Assembly (NCBI GenBank): GCA_025594325.1
Contig: JANHCV010000002.1
Span: 2,728,001-2,792,000 of the forward strand
DNA from: Blastocladiella emersonii ATCC 22665
Lineage: Eukaryota; Fungi; Blastocladiomycota
Direction: 5' to 3'
DNA: 64,000 nucleotides
Position 1 is the first letter of the stretch, and each line of letters opens with the position of its first letter. Positions 58,309 to 64,000 of this stretch are shown piece after piece. Made by a program: the position numbers and the translations under genes. Under the pieces are notes generated by a model that was not told the origin of the DNA, did no database searches, and saw nothing but the letters and a program-made list of their open reading frames with translations.

Positions 58309-61300
58309 TCATGTCGATTGCGACCGCGGGTGTCTCGCGACTCGTAGACCCGCCCATTGGTACGGCTCGCTGACTTGATGCGTCGATGGCCGCAGCTGAC
58401 CAACCGACCTCGCTTCCATGACTGTAGTTCTTTCTTTGCTGAGTGCGTCATTGACGTACTCCAGTTCTCGCTCGCTCGCTCGGCGAGACCCGCGCCCAGT
58501 ATATGCGCGCACACTACGACGACGGCCATGGCCACGGTCGCGTCTTTCTCAAGACCCGTCGTCCTGCAGCCACGACGACGACGACGACGACGACCTGTCG
58601 CCTCGCGGCCATGACCATCCACAACCTCGCCACCGCCACCGCGACCTTGCTCGCGACCTCGTCACCTGGTCCCTCGGCCAGTCGCAGTACCAGGAGCAGC
58701 TCGCGCGGCTCTCGTCCATCAAGATTCTCGCGTCGACGTCACACAGCATTACGTCACGCTCGAGATAGATCACTTCCTTCCCGCCCGCTGCAGCTGTACT
58801 CGTGCACTTCTTCTCGAGTCAGCCGGCCCACGCGGTGCGCTACCGTCGGCCTGCGAGCACGGCCTTCCTGCTCGCCGCTCCGACCGTCAAGTCAAGTCCA
58901 GTCAAGTCAAGCTGGACTCGATTGCGATTTCCAGCACCTCGAGCGCGCGCGTACACGCACGCACACACACACGTCCGGGTCCGACGGTTTCCGAGCGAGG
59001 CCACGCCCATGTCAATGGATGGCGAGAGGTGGGAAACGGCGTCGTCGGCCATGCTTGTGCTCCCAAGCCAGCACGCGACACCTGTTTCCTTCCCGCACCT
59101 CTCCGCCGTCCTGGCCTCGCACGGCTTCTCGTCTCTGCTCCTCATGACCCGCCTGTCCGCCCGCGCGCGCGCGCTGGCGTGCCCGACCAGCAGATCCGCG
59201 TGGACTGAGCGAGCCGTGCGCGCGACGCACTCGATCACTCGCGTCGCCGCCCTCGACCGCTCGCTCGGCCCCGATCCTCACGCAGCAGCTCGACCGACAA
59301 CTCGCTCCAGTTATCGAGCTCGAGTTCGTCCAGCAGCTGTACGCGGTTCAGCTCGTCACGATTAGCTACGACGCCTCCGAGATCCGCGCCCGTCGTGCCC
59401 CCGCCTCGAGCCCGCCGCGCCGCGCAACCCAAGCTCCTACCGCGCGGCGCCTGCGGGTTCCATCGCCACCACCACCGCGGCGACTACGGCGACGACGACG
59501 ACGATGATGACAGGCAATCCCCGACGAGCACGACCCCAACATGCTCGTTCGCGCGTGTTCGCCTGCTCGCTCTCGTCGCCCGGCACGACACCGGTATCCT
59601 CGGCCGTCTTTTGATTCCCGAGCAGCAGCACCCCCGCGTCCACTCAGGACCCCCCGCGCGTCCGCCGCCACCGCGGCTGCCAGACTGCAGCCGCGGGTCC
59701 ATCGGCCGCCGGCGCGCCCGCGGGTACTGCTCCTCGCTGGCTTCCACCGACCATCCCGACCCTTTCAGCCCGCCATCTGCGCGCGCGCGACCCTGCAGTC
59801 GACTGACGCCGCCGCCGCCGCCCTCGTGCTCCGACCGCGGCAGCGCGCTGCTCGGCTCGGTCCGCGCCCAAGGTAGGCGTGGCTGATAAACCTACTACGA
59901 CTACTCGATTTCTTCCGGCCTCGACCGCTGAGTCGTGTGCCGAGGACGAAGACGGAGGTGCCCTGCACGCCCATAAGGTCCGTCACGCTGTGTCTCGCTT
60001 CGCCACCCGCGGAACGAGTCGTGCACCGCTGCGTTTCGCTTCGCCATGTCTCTGCGTAGCGATTCGTCGGCCTCCCCGCGGCACATCCTGGTCGGCGCGC
60101 GCACCGGGTCGGGTCGCGCGCTGTGTACCGCCATTGTGCTGCGGGCTCTGCGGCCCCCCTTTGCAGGCGGGGGCCCAACCCAGCTGCCGCGCATCACGTA
60201 CGTTTCTCGCATCGCTTGACGGTCTCAGTCTCTCTCTCGCGTGTGTGTACTGATACTGACAGACCTCGTTCGCGTACTCTCCATCGTGTAGTCAGTGCGC
60301 GGCTCCTGGCCCGTACGGCTCGTTTTCGCGGCTCCGAGAGCCTCGAGCCGGGCGGATGCCTCGCGTCCACCACTTCAAGTCAGTTTGCGGGCGGTCTGCG
60401 CGCATCGCCACCGGTCGGGATGCGCGCTGCGATCGCCGCTGACAGGCGGGATGATGATGATGATCAACACATTGTAGTAGCCGTTCGGTATCGTTCACTT
60501 CGGCGCACGCATGCGACCCCGTTCCACGTTCCACCGTGCTGGGGGTACGCCGTCGCCGTCGACAGGTCCTCTGCGCAGAATCCGGCCACTCAGCTGAGTG
60601 TGCCAGGGCCGGCGTAGAGCCGCCTTTCACCCTGCGTGATTGGCCGCCTACGAACCGAGACCCGCGGAGAACCGGTTCGACCGGCTGGGGAGTCGGGCAG
60701 ACGCAGTCCGCGGATCGCACTGTCCCGATCGTCACCAGGAGACACCGTTTCTGCTGCAGCTGCGCAGCCGGTGTCTCGCGGCCTCGGCCCGCGTCCCCGT
60801 GAGCCCGTCGGCCGTGATCGGGTTGATGCCGCCCGAGTACTTCAGGCGCAGCGACCAAGCTCTCGACATGTACGTCTCTTTCTCGCCTCGTCGTCGCGCG
60901 ACGAATCCATGGGCTGACTTGCTCGTTTTCCGACGTGCGTGTAGGCTCGGTCGGGGTCGCCAGCAGCAGCAGCAGCAGCAGCAGCAACCAGCATCCGGTT
61001 TCGACCTCAGCTACTCGCGCGCGGTTCGTCAGCCTGGTCCCGATCCCGCGCCTCGATTCCGGTACAGCCCACCAGGTCCTTTGGCGCAACGTACGCTCCT
61101 CTTCGTTCCTCGTCGCCTCGACCATTGTACTGACTGATCGGCTCGCTCCGACGTGTAGATGTGCGCCATCATCACGATCAACTTACCGCCGTCCAGCTCC
61201 GCGTCGCCAAAGTCGCGCATCACGCTGTTCGGCATCATCGGCTCGACTCGATTCGTCAAGACGTTCCAGGAGACCTAGAGCACCTCCCGGAACCGGCCGG

Positions 61301-62034
61301 CCGACCGTCCGCTCGGCGTCCTTCAACCAAGGCCGATTCACCGACACCTCGACTCGCTGCCGCCCTTCGATCCAGCCGTCCGTCCCTCCACGACGCCGAG
61401 TCGAGTCAAGTCAAGCAGGGCATGCCGCAACTACTCCTACGCCCGGTCGCAACTTCACCGCCGAGTTCACGGCAGGAAGCGCGCGTACCGGCGGCCCAGC
61501 TCATTCCCGCGCGGGAGCACGCGCGGAGTGGTCGTTGCTCATGTCGGTCGAGCCTGTGTCAGTAGTCATTTGTATTTGTATATATTCAGTTTCGATTATC
61601 ACCAAAGTATTGTCGATGAGCGAGTTTGTGGTCGCGGTGTCTCCAACACGTGTCGAGGTCGCGTCGCGCCACTCACGTTCACCTGAAACGATACCGTCGT
61701 GACGACCGTTCTGAGTCCCGCTGCTCTGTATCACCGCCGGGCCACATCGTACGAGCTCTTTGAAGAAGGGAAGCGAGAGTGGACTAAAACGCATGTGCCA
61801 TGACACAGCGATTACTCCTACTCTCTTTAACCCGTACGCCGTCGCATCAAGGGCTTCAACGTCGCACGTGCCGGCTCGCTACCCAACGTTCCGCTGGCTT
61901 CGTCTTTAAACTTCACTAAGTCGTTCATGTGCGCCTCTACTCATCAAATAGCTGAGAGTCAACGTCATGCCATTAAAGAATTGGCGACCGGTAGCGTTAG
62001 GAACTGCTCCCCTCCGTGCTGGGCTTTCAACCCC

Positions 62035-62131
62035 GCCCATCCCCCACCCCTCCCCCACCCCCACCCCACCCACCCCTCCCCAACTCAACCTCAACTTCCC
62101 CAACTCAACCTCAACTCAACCTCAACTCAAC
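62035..62131. repeat. C-rich tract followed by (CAACT/CAACCT)-type short repeats
   Basis: cccccacccctcccccacccccacccc... then caactcaacctcaact... repeats. Confidence 0.85.
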
Positions 62132-64000
62132 TGGCACCTCGATGATATTTTCCGCTTCCGCGTGTTGAACCTCTGCGATGTGATCAGAGGAGCGAGGAGC
62201 GTCACCATGGCCATGGTCATGACCATGGTCATGAGTGATTTGACCCGTCAGCGACTATGGATCTCGCCGATCTCTATTGCAGCCCACGCGCGCGTGCACG
62301 CTGATCCATAGGACCACGAAGCTGGACGCGTTTGGCTGCTCGCCGCGACCGACGCGGCCGCCGCTCCGCGGCGACTTTTCTTCCGTTGACCGCCGCCTTC
62401 ACTGCATGAGTGAGCTACGTCGAGGCGCGCGCGACATCGAACCTGACACGAAGATCATCCCGCCGAGGGCCCAGATTACATCTCGGCGCGTCTCGAGCTG
62501 AGTCGCCAGCGCATGCGTCTCAAGCTCAGCCTGCGCCTCGTGCGGCCGCTGACCCATCAAGTTCCGAGCTGAGCAACATGTTGAAGCTATTCATTCAACC
62601 CGCTATGAGATCGCCGTCCGACTTTGAGCACCGCCGCCGTTTCTTCCGCGCCCCGCATAAACGTGAAGAGCGACGCGAGTTCGACCTGTGTGCGGTGTTC
62701 ACGGAAAAGTAAGCGTTGAGGGATCGCCATGTAGAATGCGTGGAACTCGTGTGCGTGAGAAGCACGATGATCTACCTTGGCCGTGGTCGCCGCCGCCTTG
62801 CCAGCGTTGAGCGGGTGCATGTAGTAGGCAACTTTCCTCACCAAGAGCATGACGTTGAGCAAATACACGTTGTTGGTCGCGTCGCCGCTCCCCGCGCCAT
62901 CGGTCGCACCGACATGCGTACAAACTGGCGCGCGTCGAGACCAAGGCAGTGCGCGAGCTGGTTGGTGCCCTTGATCATGGTACACAGGCGGGTCACGGGA
63001 GGGAGAACCACTGGCTGTAGTACCGCTCGACGTCAAAGGTGAGCGACGGGTTGCGCGGGGTGGCAGACGCGCTAGGCGGTTGCCGACGACGCGGCGGCGC
63101 TCAAACCCGTTGAAGGTGGAGCGGCGGGAGGATCGACGGCCACTCGCCCGTGGTCTCGGCCGTCGCGGGCACGAGCGTAATGTCGCAGTCCTCAGCAGCA
63201 CCGTTTACGCCTCGCTTGGCATCACCTAACCGTCAGGGCTCGTTGCGACATTTCCCCTCGCCTCGCTCAGTGTGAAGACGGCGTCGTGACGAGGTTCAGC
63301 GACTTTTATTTGGTCACAGAGATGCCATTGCTGCATGTTAACATGGTGGAAGCTTCATGGGTGTTTTCATGAGATGAGGAGCGAGCAAAGGGCAAAAAAG
63401 GGGTGGCTTATGTAGGTGCTTGCCGGTCAGGTGACGCGTCGCTATGTGACGGCCGCGCTCTAGGTCACGTGGGCTGCATTTTTTCGGGGAGACCACTGGG
63501 GTTGAGCCCAGCACAACTGAGTTGGTTTGGTAGCCGGCCGGGCTCTCGCGCGTCAAAGGTACAAGTCGGTCTTGCCGACGCCGCTGCCAAGCCTTCGCAC
63601 GCGTTCCGCCACCATGATGAGCACCTCCTCGCGTTTGGGCGTGGGCACGCCGACCTCGAAGCCCCACCGCACCACGGTCCCGTTGATGAACGCAAGCTTG
63701 TCGGGGCCGCACCGTTGCGCACCTCGGCTGCCGCGGTCGCGGAGTTGATGCTCCCGTTGACAGCGAGCTTGGTGAGCAGCAGGTTCTGCGTGGACGCCGC
63801 CGCGCCCTCGGTCCCACCCGGTTTCGCCGTGGTGTTGGGAAGGTCGCCAAGCACGTTGAGGAGGGCGACAGCACGCGGGGTCAGCGGATTTGAGGAAGCG
63901 TGCCCAAAAGCCACACGCCGCTACTGGCGTGGGCAGTGTGTCGCCACGCACTCGCAGTCAACGACGAGGTGTCGCGGAAGCAGCCGTGTGTCGTGGACCC

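Noticed and set aside
62780-62860. VAYYMHP as a hAT transposase motif
   Set aside because: No DDE residues or dimerisation motif found nearby; too little evidence to call a mobile element.
1-64000. tRNA, rRNA and snRNA genes
   Set aside because: No convincing T-loop/cloverleaf, rRNA or snRNA signature seen by eye; a covariance-model scan would be needed to exclude them.

Overview
Very GC-rich, intron-containing eukaryotic DNA (GTRYGT...CTRAC...YAG introns). A class IV-type chitin synthase together with centriole/cilium genes (SFI1-like, IFT46, MORN3) points to a zoosporic, flagellated fungus (chytrid/blastoclad-like). Intact genes: DSC4-like, SFI1-like, inositol polyphosphate kinase, alpha/beta esterase, chitin synthase, F-BAR RhoGAP (RGD1-like), TRM13, FAD monooxygenase, casein kinase I, saccharopine-dehydrogenase-like, IFT46, MORN3, SSZ1-type Hsp70, mitochondrial uL13, plus several orphan genes. 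The standout is a ~1000-aa Fanzor1-like (eukaryotic TnpB) locus at 35775-38776 (-), read from motif order only. All three predicted RuvC catalytic positions are non-acidic (D>N, E>A, D>G), each one nucleotide from the catalytic codon, while the Zn-ribbon cysteines are kept. It has an acidic N-terminal extension, no adjacent transposase, and one frame break that a candidate 80-nt intron would repair. The window also holds a pseudogenised giant-virus-type Cys-rich endonuclease (18.6-19.8 kb), a broken class 3 lipase and other decayed coding fragments. No rRNA, tRNA or CRISPR array was recognised. All family assignments come from motif recognition by eye; no searches were run.
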